DNA from: an uncultured virus (IMG/VR IMGVR_UViG_3300048799_000004)
Taxonomy: Duplodnaviria; Heunggongvirae; Uroviricota; Caudoviricetes
Virus record (IMG/VR): IMGVR_UViG_3300048799_000004
DNA length: 64,000 bases
Reading direction: 5' to 3' (one strand)
The position numbers and the translations under genes were made by a program. Positions 57,175 through 64,000 of this stretch are shown piece by piece (the first letter of the stretch is position 1; every line of letters starts with the position of its first letter). Below the pieces are notes generated by a model that made no database searches, was not told the origin of the DNA, and worked only from the letters and a program-made list of their open reading frames with translations.

Positions 57175-58083
57175 ATGGCAATGAATCGCAGTCTGTTCAA
57201 GAAGCAGTTGCAGCTCGGACTGAACACCGTGTTCGGTATGGAGTACAACCGCTATCCCGAAGAGTGGCGCGACATATTCGACATCAATACGTCTGTCAAG
57301 GCGTATGAGGAAGATGTGTTGATGGCCGGTCTCGGCACCGCCCCGGTGAAAGCCGAAGGCGCAGGCGTGTCGTTCGACGAAGGCGCAGAGTCCTACGTCG
57401 CTCGGTACATCCACAACACGGTTGCGTTGGCGTTTGCCATTACGCAGGAAGCGGAAGAGGACGGCCTCTACGGTTCAATCGCGGGCAAGTACAGCAAGTC
57501 GCTGGCTCGTGGTTTGCAGAACACCAAGGAAGTCTCGGGCGCAAACGTTCTGAACAACGGGTTCAGCACGTCCTATCCTGGCGGCGACGGTGCTGCACTG
57601 TTCTCGCTCAGCCACCCGATCTGGGGCGGCGGCGTGCAGGCGAACATGTTCTCGACTCAGCCCGACCTTTGCGAATCAGCCCTTGAAGCGGCCGACATCG
57701 CGATTGGCTTGTGGGTTGACGAGCGCGGTATTCGCATCGCTGCGAAGCCGAAACGGCTGATCGTTCCGAACGGCAACAAGTACGTAGCACAGCGCTTGCT
57801 GTTCTCGGACTTCCGTCCGGCGACCGGCGACAACGACATCAATGCTCTCAAGTCCATCGGGACGTATGCGGGCGGCGTCAGCGTGAATCACTATCTCACG
57901 GACCCAATCGGCTGGTACATCAAGACGGACGTTCAAGACGGTCTCAAGCACTTCGTGCGAAAGAAAGTCGAGCGCGGTCTTGAGGGTGAGTTCGAGACAG
58001 GCAACATGAGATATAAAGCACGCGAGCGATACAGCTTCGGCTGGTCGGACTACAGGGGCTGCTGGGGAAGCGCGGGAACCTAG
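57175..58083 (+). CDS. Major capsid protein (Mu gpT-like, HK97 fold)
   Basis: GLNxxFGxEY, APVKxEG, ALAFAITxEAxED, KEVxxANVLN, LFSxxHP and KARERYSFGWSDxRG motifs. Confidence 0.93.
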   Translation: MAMNRSLFKKQLQLGLNTVFGMEYNRYPEEWRDIFDINTSVKAYEEDVLMAGLGTAPVKAEGAGVSFDEGAESYVARYIHNTVALAFAITQEAEEDGLYGSIAGKYSKSLARGLQNTKEVSGANVLNNGFSTSYPGGDGAALFSLSHPIWGGGVQANMFSTQPDLCESALEAADIAIGLWVDERGIRIAAKPKRLIVPNGNKYVAQRLLFSDFRPATGDNDINALKSIGTYAGGVSVNHYLTDPIGWYIKTDVQDGLKHFVRKKVERGLEGEFETGNMRYKARERYSFGWSDYRGCWGSAGT

Positions 58084-58115
58084 AATCTCTTCATAAACAA
58101 GAGGCTAGAAAGAAG

Positions 58116-58140
58116 AGGGTCACAGAGATGTGGCCCTTTT
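58116..58140 (+). terminator. Intrinsic terminator after the major capsid gene
   Basis: AGGGTCACA-GAGA-TGTGGCCCT followed by a T run. Confidence 0.8.
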
Positions 58141-58167
58141 CATTTATCTGCTATAATAACTCCAGCC

Positions 58168-58776
58168 GTGACACATAAAGACCCAGAAGCAGCAAAAGCC
58201 TACCAGCGCGAATACGCGCGTAAGAACGCGGCGCGCAAGAAGGCGTACCGAGAAGCCCATAAGGACGAGATCAAGGCACGCATGAGCGCCTACGGCAAGG
58301 AGAACCGCGCTCGGCGCTACGCCTATCTGAAAGAGTGGCGGGCTAAGCATCCGGACAAGATGCGCGCTATAGACCGTAGATACCGTAACGCTAACAAGGC
58401 TCAGATCAGCGCCAAAAAGAATGCATATGTAGCCATCAAGGTACGGACAGACCCGCAGTTCAAACTTCGCCGGTTGCTGCGATGCCGCCTCAACGATGCC
58501 CTCAATGGCAATTACAAGACTGGTTCTTCGGTGAAACTGCTTGGTTGCTCGGTTCCTGCTTTGGTGCTTTGGCTCGAAGCAAAGTTCACACCGGAGATGA
58601 CCTGGGACAATCATGGCCCAGTGTGGCACATCGACCATAAACGCCCTCTTGCAGCCTTTGATCTCTCAGATCCTCTCCAGCTGGCAGCAGCTTGCCACTA
58701 TACGAACCTCCAGCCGATGCTTGCCTTGGATAACCTACAGAAAGGGTCAGTTATAATAGGGGATGACATTCCTTAA
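58168..58776 (+). CDS. HNH endonuclease
   Basis: Basic Y..N repeats; MTWDNHG..WHIDHxxPL..FDL...HYTNLQP...N..K; TGcTATAAT upstream. Confidence 0.88.
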   Translation: MTHKDPEAAKAYQREYARKNAARKKAYREAHKDEIKARMSAYGKENRARRYAYLKEWRAKHPDKMRAIDRRYRNANKAQISAKKNAYVAIKVRTDPQFKLRRLLRCRLNDALNGNYKTGSSVKLLGCSVPALVLWLEAKFTPEMTWDNHGPVWHIDHKRPLAAFDLSDPLQLAAACHYTNLQPMLALDNLQKGSVIIGDDIP

Positions 58777-58807
58777 ATCCTGGTCAGCAGCCGCATTGCT
58801 CGGCCTT

Positions 58808-58834
58808 AAGGCCCCCTCGTGGGGCCTTTTCTTT
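58808..58834 (+). terminator. Intrinsic terminator
   Basis: AAGGCCCC-CTCGT-GGGGCCTT followed by a T-rich tail. Confidence 0.8.
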
Positions 58835-58835
58835 A

Positions 58836-58844
58836 TGGTAGAAT
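58836..58844 (+). promoter_or_regulatory. Extended -10 TGgTAGAAT upstream of the tRNA cluster
   Basis: Same motif as at 38346-38354. Confidence 0.55.
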
Positions 58845-58852
58845 GATCGCAT

Positions 58853-58929
58853 TGGGCTGTGGGCAGGGCACCCAGGATTCCCTGTGCACGGAGTCAGCTC
58901 GCTCGGTTCGAGTCCTTGCCGTCTCGCCA
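58853..58929 (+). pseudogene. Degenerate tRNA-like element
   Basis: GGTTCGAGTCC T-loop and terminal GCCA at tRNA spacing, but the stems pair poorly. Confidence 0.35.
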
Positions 58930-58936
58930 TGTTTGT

Positions 58937-59011
58937 TCCGGGATAACTCAGTGGTAGAGTGACGCCCTGTTAAGGCGGATGTCGGTGGTTCGAATCCATC
59001 TCTCGGAGCCA
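58937..59011 (+). tRNA. tRNA-Asn(GTT)
   Basis: TCCGGGA/TCTCGGA acceptor, ACTC/GAGT D stem, CTGTTAA loop, TTCGAAT, encoded CCA. Confidence 0.93.
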
Positions 59012-59015
59012 TTGC

Positions 59016-59091
59016 CGCGCGGTAGCTTAGTCCGGCTTAAAGCGTTGCCCTCATAAGGCAAACATCGCTGGTTCAAATCCAGCCCGCGCAA
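59016..59091 (+). tRNA. tRNA-Met(CAT) with an initiator-like C1xA72 mismatch
   Basis: CGCGCGG/CCGCGCA acceptor, GCTT/AAGC D stem, TTGCC-CTCATAA-GGCAA anticodon arm, GCTGG-TTCAAAT-CCAGC T arm. Confidence 0.9.
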
Positions 59092-59128
59092 CCTTCCCAA
59101 GATCTCCGGTTCGTGTATACTCCCTGAC

Positions 59129-60190
59129 ATGAGTAATGACGGTCCTAAAATCTGTGTGCTGATTCCAGCGTTCAACGAGGCGCGCGTGATCGAAGGTACG
59201 CTCGATTCTCTGCGTGACGCCGGGTTCGAGTGCCGTGACATCTACGTTGTAGATGACATGTCGTCAGACGCGACGGCAGCACTAGCGCGCCGCAGGGGAG
59301 CCAATGTCTACACCGTCCCTGAGAAGGGCGGCTGCAAGGCGAACGCACAGAACCACGGGCTCGCTCACTTCCAGCTTCAGAACAAGTACGATTGGGTCGT
59401 GTTCGTTGACGCTGACTCCAAGGTCGAGTCGCAGTTCCTGAACGCGATGTACGAAGCGGCCGAGACTCACCCGGACGCTACGCTTTTGATAGGGCAGGTC
59501 AAGTCTGCCAAGAACAACCATATCTGTGCCGCTCTGCGCGCGTATGAGTACACCTTCTCGCACGAGGTCATCAAGGGCGGTCAAGCAAACTTCAACATGA
59601 TTACCGTCTCGCCGGGCTGTGCCTCGATGTACAAGCTGGCCGACTTGATGAAATTGAATATAGACTCAGGTACGCTCGCGGAAGACATGGATCTGACGAT
59701 ACAGGTCCACAGGATGAAGGGGAAGATCAAGTACATCCACGCAGCTGGCGTCAGTACCCAGGACCCAAGTACTTTCAAGGACTACATGAAGCAGAATATG
59801 CGGTGGAACCGTGGCTTCTGGCAGATCATTCTCAAGCACAAGACGTTTGCGTTCACGAAGAAACTACCTGTTGACTGGTACATGATGTATCTTGTACTCG
59901 ACACCCTACTACTCAATCGACTATTCACTCTGCCGATCCTGTGCTGGCTGTTCCCGTTAAAATGGGTAGGCTTTGGGGTATTGGTTGATATGCTGTGCTA
60001 CTTGGGGGTAGGTGTTGTCATCGCGCTCAAGACAAAGCGCTGGGATGTACTGTGTAAGGTGCCGATTTTTTACTGGCTGGCGTATCTGAATCTGTACGCC
60101 TTCCTGAGTAGTTTCGTAGAGATTATTCTGTGCCGGAAAAAGATCCTGGCATGGAACAAAGTTCAGCGTTACGATTTTATCACAACCTAA
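59129..60190 (+). CDS. Processive membrane GT2 glycosyltransferase (PgaC/IcaA/cellulose-synthase-like)
   Basis: IPAFNE, DDxSSD, KAxA, DAD, LAEDMD and QNMRWxRG (QxxRW) motifs; C-terminal TM helices. Confidence 0.92.
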   Translation: MSNDGPKICVLIPAFNEARVIEGTLDSLRDAGFECRDIYVVDDMSSDATAALARRRGANVYTVPEKGGCKANAQNHGLAHFQLQNKYDWVVFVDADSKVESQFLNAMYEAAETHPDATLLIGQVKSAKNNHICAALRAYEYTFSHEVIKGGQANFNMITVSPGCASMYKLADLMKLNIDSGTLAEDMDLTIQVHRMKGKIKYIHAAGVSTQDPSTFKDYMKQNMRWNRGFWQIILKHKTFAFTKKLPVDWYMMYLVLDTLLLNRLFTLPILCWLFPLKWVGFGVLVDMLCYLGVGVVIALKTKRWDVLCKVPIFYWLAYLNLYAFLSSFVEIILCRKKILAWNKVQRYDFITT

Positions 60191-60204
60191 AGGAACCGTT
60201 TCTC

Positions 60205-60675
60205 ATGAAGACCTTATCGTTTGCAGTCGCTGCGATTCTCGCTTCGTCTGCTGTGCTCGCTGATGGCCCGCTCGCATACCCCGGTTCGTCCTGGGGTGCT
60301 GTGATCGCTCCAAGTAGCGTGATGGCTAACACTCCCGAGACCGGCAACGTGCTGTACATGGGTAAGATCACCCAAGGTATTGACTGGTATAAGTTCGGCA
60401 AGTTCACGTTCGACACATACGCCAGCTTCACCATCAGCGACGACCACAATCACCTGTCATACAACGACAAGATGATCCCGGCTGTTGGTATGCGCGTTGA
60501 TCGCCACTTCGGCGACGGCATCGTTACTCTAGGAGTTGAAGAGTCGTATGAGCATCATTGGGGTGACGGCTGGGACGGCCGCACTCTCGTGAGCAGTTCA
60601 ACCCCTGGTATGAATGGCGCTGGAGTGCAGGCGTATGTCAGCTACTGGTTCGGCTGGAACCTCAAGGGGAAATGA
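60205..60675 (+). CDS. Exported beta-strand-rich protein, outer-membrane candidate
   Basis: AAGGA RBS; Sec signal ending AVLA; amphipathic aromatic strands; ends YVSYWFGWNL. Confidence 0.65.
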   Translation: MKTLSFAVAAILASSAVLADGPLAYPGSSWGAVIAPSSVMANTPETGNVLYMGKITQGIDWYKFGKFTFDTYASFTISDDHNHLSYNDKMIPAVGMRVDRHFGDGIVTLGVEESYEHHWGDGWDGRTLVSSSTPGMNGAGVQAYVSYWFGWNLKGK

Positions 60676-60676
60676 G

Positions 60677-60784
60677 ATGTACTTCCCGTTCAACTCATTC
60701 ATCGTCAACGTAGTTATGCGGTGGCCGGTACTGGCCGCAGTCGTTGCTGCCTGTGGCGCTTGCTACGCTGCCTACAAGGGGTAA
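60677..60784 (+). CDS. 35-aa membrane peptide (MRWP motif)
   Basis: Hand translation MYFPFNSFIVNVVMRWPVLAAVVAACGACYAAYKG. Confidence 0.5.
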   Translation: MYFPFNSFIVNVVMRWPVLAAVVAACGACYAAYKG

Positions 60785-60786
60785 GC

Positions 60787-60915
60787 ATGAAGACGTTCTT
60801 TGATGTGGTCATGAACATTGCATCTTCTCCTGGGGTCATCGGCGTATGCATGCGTTGGCCTGCGCTGATCCCAGTTGCGGTGGTGCTGGTTGTTCTGTGT
60901 CACTACTACACATGA
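60787..60915 (+). CDS. 42-aa membrane peptide (MRWP motif)
   Basis: MKTFFDVVMNIASSPGVIGVCMRWPALIPVAVVLVVLCHYYT; AAGGGG RBS. Confidence 0.55.
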   Translation: MKTFFDVVMNIASSPGVIGVCMRWPALIPVAVVLVVLCHYYT

Positions 60916-61331
60916 CACCCGACTTCATCCTCCCGTACGAAGAGACAGCGCAAAAGGGAGCATATGCAGCGAGCCGCGCGTTGATAGTCCGTCAACCGTG
61001 GGCCGACAAGATTCTTGATGGCTCAAAGACCTGGGAAATACGAGGATCAGCTACCCACGTCAGAGGTCGTATTGGCATCATTCCCGCGCGGTCCAAGATG
61101 GTTTCGGGATACTGCAATCTAGTGGCAGTAAGGGGACCTCTAACCATCAGTGAACTCTTAGAAACTGTTGGTTTACATGCGATAAACCGCGAAGAGCTTC
61201 TCCGGCAAGGACCGCCTTATCCTTGCACGTACGCCTGGGTCCTGGAACAGTCGGCGAAGCTTGATCGACCGATTGCCTATAACCATCCGAGAGGCGCAAT
61301 TATTTGGGTGCGCTTGCAAGACAGCGCGTAG
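60912..61331 (+). CDS. ASCH-domain protein
   Basis: ALxVRQPWAxxIxxGxKTWEIR...RGRI and YAWVL...P motifs. Confidence 0.88.
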   Translation: MTPDFILPYEETAQKGAYAASRALIVRQPWADKILDGSKTWEIRGSATHVRGRIGIIPARSKMVSGYCNLVAVRGPLTISELLETVGLHAINREELLRQGPPYPCTYAWVLEQSAKLDRPIAYNHPRGAIIWVRLQDSA

Positions 61332-61346
61332 AGAGGTTTTTCCAAG

Positions 61347-61763
61347 ATGACACCTGACTTTTTCAACTGCTGCTTCGAGGCAGTAGGGGCGTATTTCATC
61401 GCGCAGCACATACGCCAAGTCCTGAAGGATAAGGCAGTGAAGGGACTCTACATCCCTGCTACTGCGTTCTTCATGCTGTGGGGTTTTTGGAATCTTTTTT
61501 TCTACCCTCATCTCCACCAGTGGTGGAGCTTCAGTGGCGGGCTCGCCATCGTGACTGCGAACGCTGTGTGGGTAGCGCTACTTTTGAAGTACCGAACTCG
61601 TATGTGCCAGCTCACGAACTGTGCTGATCGCGGCAAGCATCCGGCTGACGCTGACCACACGTACTTCCGCAGCGCCATAGACGACGCATGCTCGCTGAAT
61701 GATATTGGTGCCCGGCTCGACAGTCCCGATCCCGCAACCCTCGAACCTTTTGGAGGTCCGTGA
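61347..61763 (+). CDS. PQ-loop / SemiSWEET-like 3-TM membrane protein
   Basis: Three hydrophobic helices with a xxDKxVKG loop; GAGG RBS. Confidence 0.6.
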   Translation: MTPDFFNCCFEAVGAYFIAQHIRQVLKDKAVKGLYIPATAFFMLWGFWNLFFYPHLHQWWSFSGGLAIVTANAVWVALLLKYRTRMCQLTNCADRGKHPADADHTYFRSAIDDACSLNDIGARLDSPDPATLEPFGGP

Positions 61764-61942
61764 TGAATGAAGCGCCTAAGATCTACGCCCGACAGTTCTC
61801 TCGTTGGAACTTACGCGGCGCGACCCCTCGCTACAACGCGAAGGACATCGAAGCGATTGACGTACTGCGCTCTGGGTCCAAGAAGACCGGGCGCGGCTTT
61901 CAGCCTGCAGGCTTCCGCAACGGCGCGAGGATACACCGATGA
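61760..61942 (+). CDS. Small basic hypothetical protein
   Basis: GGAGG RBS; GTGA overlap. Confidence 0.5.
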   Translation: MMNEAPKIYARQFSRWNLRGATPRYNAKDIEAIDVLRSGSKKTGRGFQPAGFRNGARIHR

Positions 61943-62145
61943 CAACTGATGATGTCCAAGAAGGCCATGTTAATGTTGCTGCCTACAACGGCAACCTACC
62001 GGTCAACTTAATGTCGAAGCGAGAGCTGATAGCTGCCAAGCTATTGGCTGGCATGCTGTCTGGTAAGAGTCTGTACCACCTGGAGGCATACCCTAGGATT
62101 GCTGTCTTGAATGCAGACTTGCTGCTGATCGAGTTGCAGAAGTGA
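61939..62145 (+). CDS. Small hypothetical protein (MSKRELIAAxxLAG...AV..AD.LL.EL)
   Basis: Common small phage protein motif. Confidence 0.6.
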   Translation: MTTDDVQEGHVNVAAYNGNLPVNLMSKRELIAAKLLAGMLSGKSLYHLEAYPRIAVLNADLLLIELQK

Positions 62146-62591
62146 CAGCGCTCGTAGTCTATACGTGCAAGACCTGCGGCTTAGAGTACAAGCGACGCCG
62201 GGACACATGGGCGTCAAAGGATACTTGCAGCGCACGGTCCTGCTACGTTCGGCACAAGACCGGACAAAAAACTCCTAACACGGCCGCGCTCGATGCGGCA
62301 AGGGCTGCAGGTGCTAAGAGCTACATTGGCATATGTGCCAAGGGGCACGTCGGCCCGCGATCCACGTCCAACTCTTCCTGCAATGAGTGCAGGCGCTTGC
62401 ATCGCGGTCTCCGCAACAAGCCGAAGCACTACCGGGATGAGCGGGACACGACCTATCCAGGCGCGCTGAAGGTAGAGCGCAAGGGTCAGTTCGATGAGCA
62501 TGGCATACGTCCGCCATTCAAGATGGAGTTGCTTCCTGGTCTTCACCCCACGGCCCGAGCATGGTTTCTCTCCCCAGCCCCCCGGTTGTAG
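62142..62591 (+). CDS. Cys-rich zinc-binding protein (CxxC...CxxxxC; CxxGH...CxEC)
   Basis: Resembles the N-terminal modules of HNH nucleases, but has no clear HNH core. Confidence 0.55.
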   Translation: MTALVVYTCKTCGLEYKRRRDTWASKDTCSARSCYVRHKTGQKTPNTAALDAARAAGAKSYIGICAKGHVGPRSTSNSSCNECRRLHRGLRNKPKHYRDERDTTYPGALKVERKGQFDEHGIRPPFKMELLPGLHPTARAWFLSPAPRL

Positions 62592-62740
62592 TAGTTCCGA
62601 AGGCGACCCGCGCAGAGCTTCTCTCTGAGCTGGCGTTCTTCGAATTCGCTAATGGTGGACTCAGGGACACTAAGCAGGGCAAGGGGAAGTTCGACGCTCA
62701 GATCGAGGCGCTGAAGGCCGAGCTTGCCACGGTGCTATAA
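62561..62740 (+). CDS. 59-aa hypothetical protein
   Basis: Hand translation MVSLPSPPVVVVPKATRAELLSEL...ATVL; fills the gap. Confidence 0.4.
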   Translation: MVSLPSPPVVVVPKATRAELLSELAFFEFANGGLRDTKQGKGKFDAQIEALKAELATVL

Positions 62741-62765
62741 TGGTGGATCACCAGGGGGTTCACAC

Positions 62766-62987
62766 ATGAGCGGAAGGGCTATGAAAGATGAGAGGCGCGG
62801 CAACACTGCCGGAGCTGCCAAGAATGGCGTAAAGCCTGCCAGCACGGTCAGCGGCGGCAAGTCAACGTCGTTTGCGAATTCTGATGCTGCAGCCAGCGCG
62901 AAGCGCGGCGGCAACGGTGTGGTATCAGACTCAGGCTCGGATATGACTAACTCTCGTCATGAGTACAAGCCAAAGGGCGGCAGGTAG
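62766..62987 (+). CDS. Small basic low-complexity protein
   Basis: TGcTATAAT and GGGGG upstream. Confidence 0.5.
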   Translation: MSGRAMKDERRGNTAGAAKNGVKPASTVSGGKSTSFANSDAAASAKRGGNGVVSDSGSDMTNSRHEYKPKGGR

Positions 62988-63378
62988 CTATAGCCTGTTG
63001 CTGGCGCTACTTCTGACAGGCTGCGGCTCGTCAGGATCTTCAGCGCCTGTCCCGGTGGTGACTCCTCCGGTGGTGGTCCCTCCCAAGACACCCCCTGTGG
63101 TAGTTCCTCCGGTGGTCACACTGCCAGCGCCAACGACCGGCGTCATGATCCTCACCTGGGTAGACCCGACCGAGAACGTCAACGACACGGCGCTAACGAA
63201 CCTCGCCGGGGTCAAGATCTATTACGACGACACCCAAACGATTACGATTGGTCTCGGGCAACTGATCTACGAGTTCACCGACGTGCCCATTGGAAACCAC
63301 TGCGTCTCGATGACCGCATTCAACACGCTAGGAGCCGAAAGCGCGCACTCTCCGACCGTCTGCGAGGACGTGGAGTAG
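62959..63378 (+). CDS. Lipoprotein with a Pro/Val linker and fibronectin type III-like domain
   Basis: Lipobox LTGC; LTWxxPTENxNxTALTNLAGxKIYY...AFNxxGxESxxS. Confidence 0.75.
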   Translation: MSTSQRAAGSYSLLLALLLTGCGSSGSSAPVPVVTPPVVVPPKTPPVVVPPVVTLPAPTTGVMILTWVDPTENVNDTALTNLAGVKIYYDDTQTITIGLGQLIYEFTDVPIGNHCVSMTAFNTLGAESAHSPTVCEDVE

Positions 63379-63469
63379 CAATAAGTTGATACGCCATACG
63401 CACTTAGTGCTATGTGCGGTAACACACAGACGGATTGAGAGCATACTGAATTGAGGAGACACAACAAAC

Positions 63470-64000
63470 ATGAAACACGCATTTAAGCTCGCGTTGGCAC
63501 TGGCCTTTTTGATTGGCGGCGGCAACGCCTTTTCGCAGGTTCCGCCGATTAACAACGCAGGGACTGGCAACGTCGCCAGCGGCAACGTAGTCGGAAACAA
63601 CAACACGTCAACCAGCACCAGCACCAGCACGACTACGGTCAATGGCTTGGGCTCAGGTAACGGTGCTGTCATCTCTGGTGGTGCAGGCGGCGCGGGCGGC
63701 TCAGGTGGAGCTGGTGGTGCAGGCGGCGCGGCTGGCGCTGGTGGAGCTGGGGGCACGTCAGTGTCCAATTCCCAGGGCGGCAAGGGCGGAACATCTTTCT
63801 CGAACGCTGAAGGCGGCAAGGCCACGGCGAGCAACAACGTCGAAAGCTCAGGCAACGGTGCCGGGCAGTCGGTGAACCTATCGAGCCCTCGGTTGGCAGC
63901 TACAGCCATCGCAGGCTACGGCGAGACGACAGCGTCATGCCGCTACCACGACGGGGCTGGTCTCCAGCTGCTGATCGTGGGCGCATCGTTCGGTAAGTCC
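63470..64000 (+). CDS. Exported Gly/Ser/Asn-rich protein (runs off the window)
   Basis: GAGGAG RBS; signal MKHAFKLALALAFLIGGGNAFS; GGAGG repeats; no stop before 64000. Confidence 0.7.
   Translation, partial: MKHAFKLALALAFLIGGGNAFSQVPPINNAGTGNVASGNVVGNNNTSTSTSTSTTTVNGLGSGNGAVISGGAGGAGGSGGAGGAGGAAGAGGAGGTSVSNSQGGKGGTSFSNAEGGKATASNNVESSGNGAGQSVNLSSPRLAATAIAGYGETTASCRYHDGAGLQLLIVGASFGKS

Noticed and set aside
63328..63909. 193-aa Pro-rich minus-strand ORF
   Set aside because: Antisense shadow of the Gly-rich plus-strand gene starting at 63470, which has an RBS and a signal peptide.
1..64000. CRISPR array or Cas12-type system associated with TnpB
   Set aside because: No regularly spaced direct repeats in any intergenic gap; both tnpB flanks are coding.
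1..64000. Stop-codon reassignment
   Set aside because: Standard-code ORFs tile the window densely, including a 12-kb ORF; all three stops are used; no suppressor tRNA.

Overview
This 64 kb window is part of a tailed dsDNA bacteriophage, probably podovirus-like. Two-component spanins, lipoproteins and a candidate outer-membrane protein point to a Gram-negative host. Layout: (1) 1-27.1 kb, + strand, virion genes: adaptors, a gp38-like adhesin fibre, a collagen-like fibre, a glycosyltransferase, a GNAT, ejection proteins and a 4005-aa polyvalent protein. (2) 27.1-29.4 kb, lysis: GH19 endolysin, holin-like protein, i- and o-spanin. (3) 29.2-37.5 kb, - strand, early/recombination arm: ERF, YqaJ exonuclease, SSB, DEDDh exonuclease, and a TnpB with a rearranged RuvC site embedded in the operon. 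(4) 37.5-37.9 kb, a divergent control region with a candidate structured ncRNA. (5) 37.9-48.8 kb, replication and accessory genes: primase-helicase, Ref-like HNH, VRR-NUC, TerS, two JAB proteins, nucleotide hydrolases and an Ntn protease. (6) 48.9-58.1 kb, TerL, portal, GroES-like, scaffold and major capsid. (7) 58.1-64 kb, an accessory island: HNH, tRNA-Asn, tRNA-Met, a processive GT2 with envelope proteins, ASCH and an FN3 lipoprotein. No DNA polymerase, integrase, repressor, reverse transcriptase or CRISPR array was recognised. All calls come from motifs read by eye; no database searches were run.
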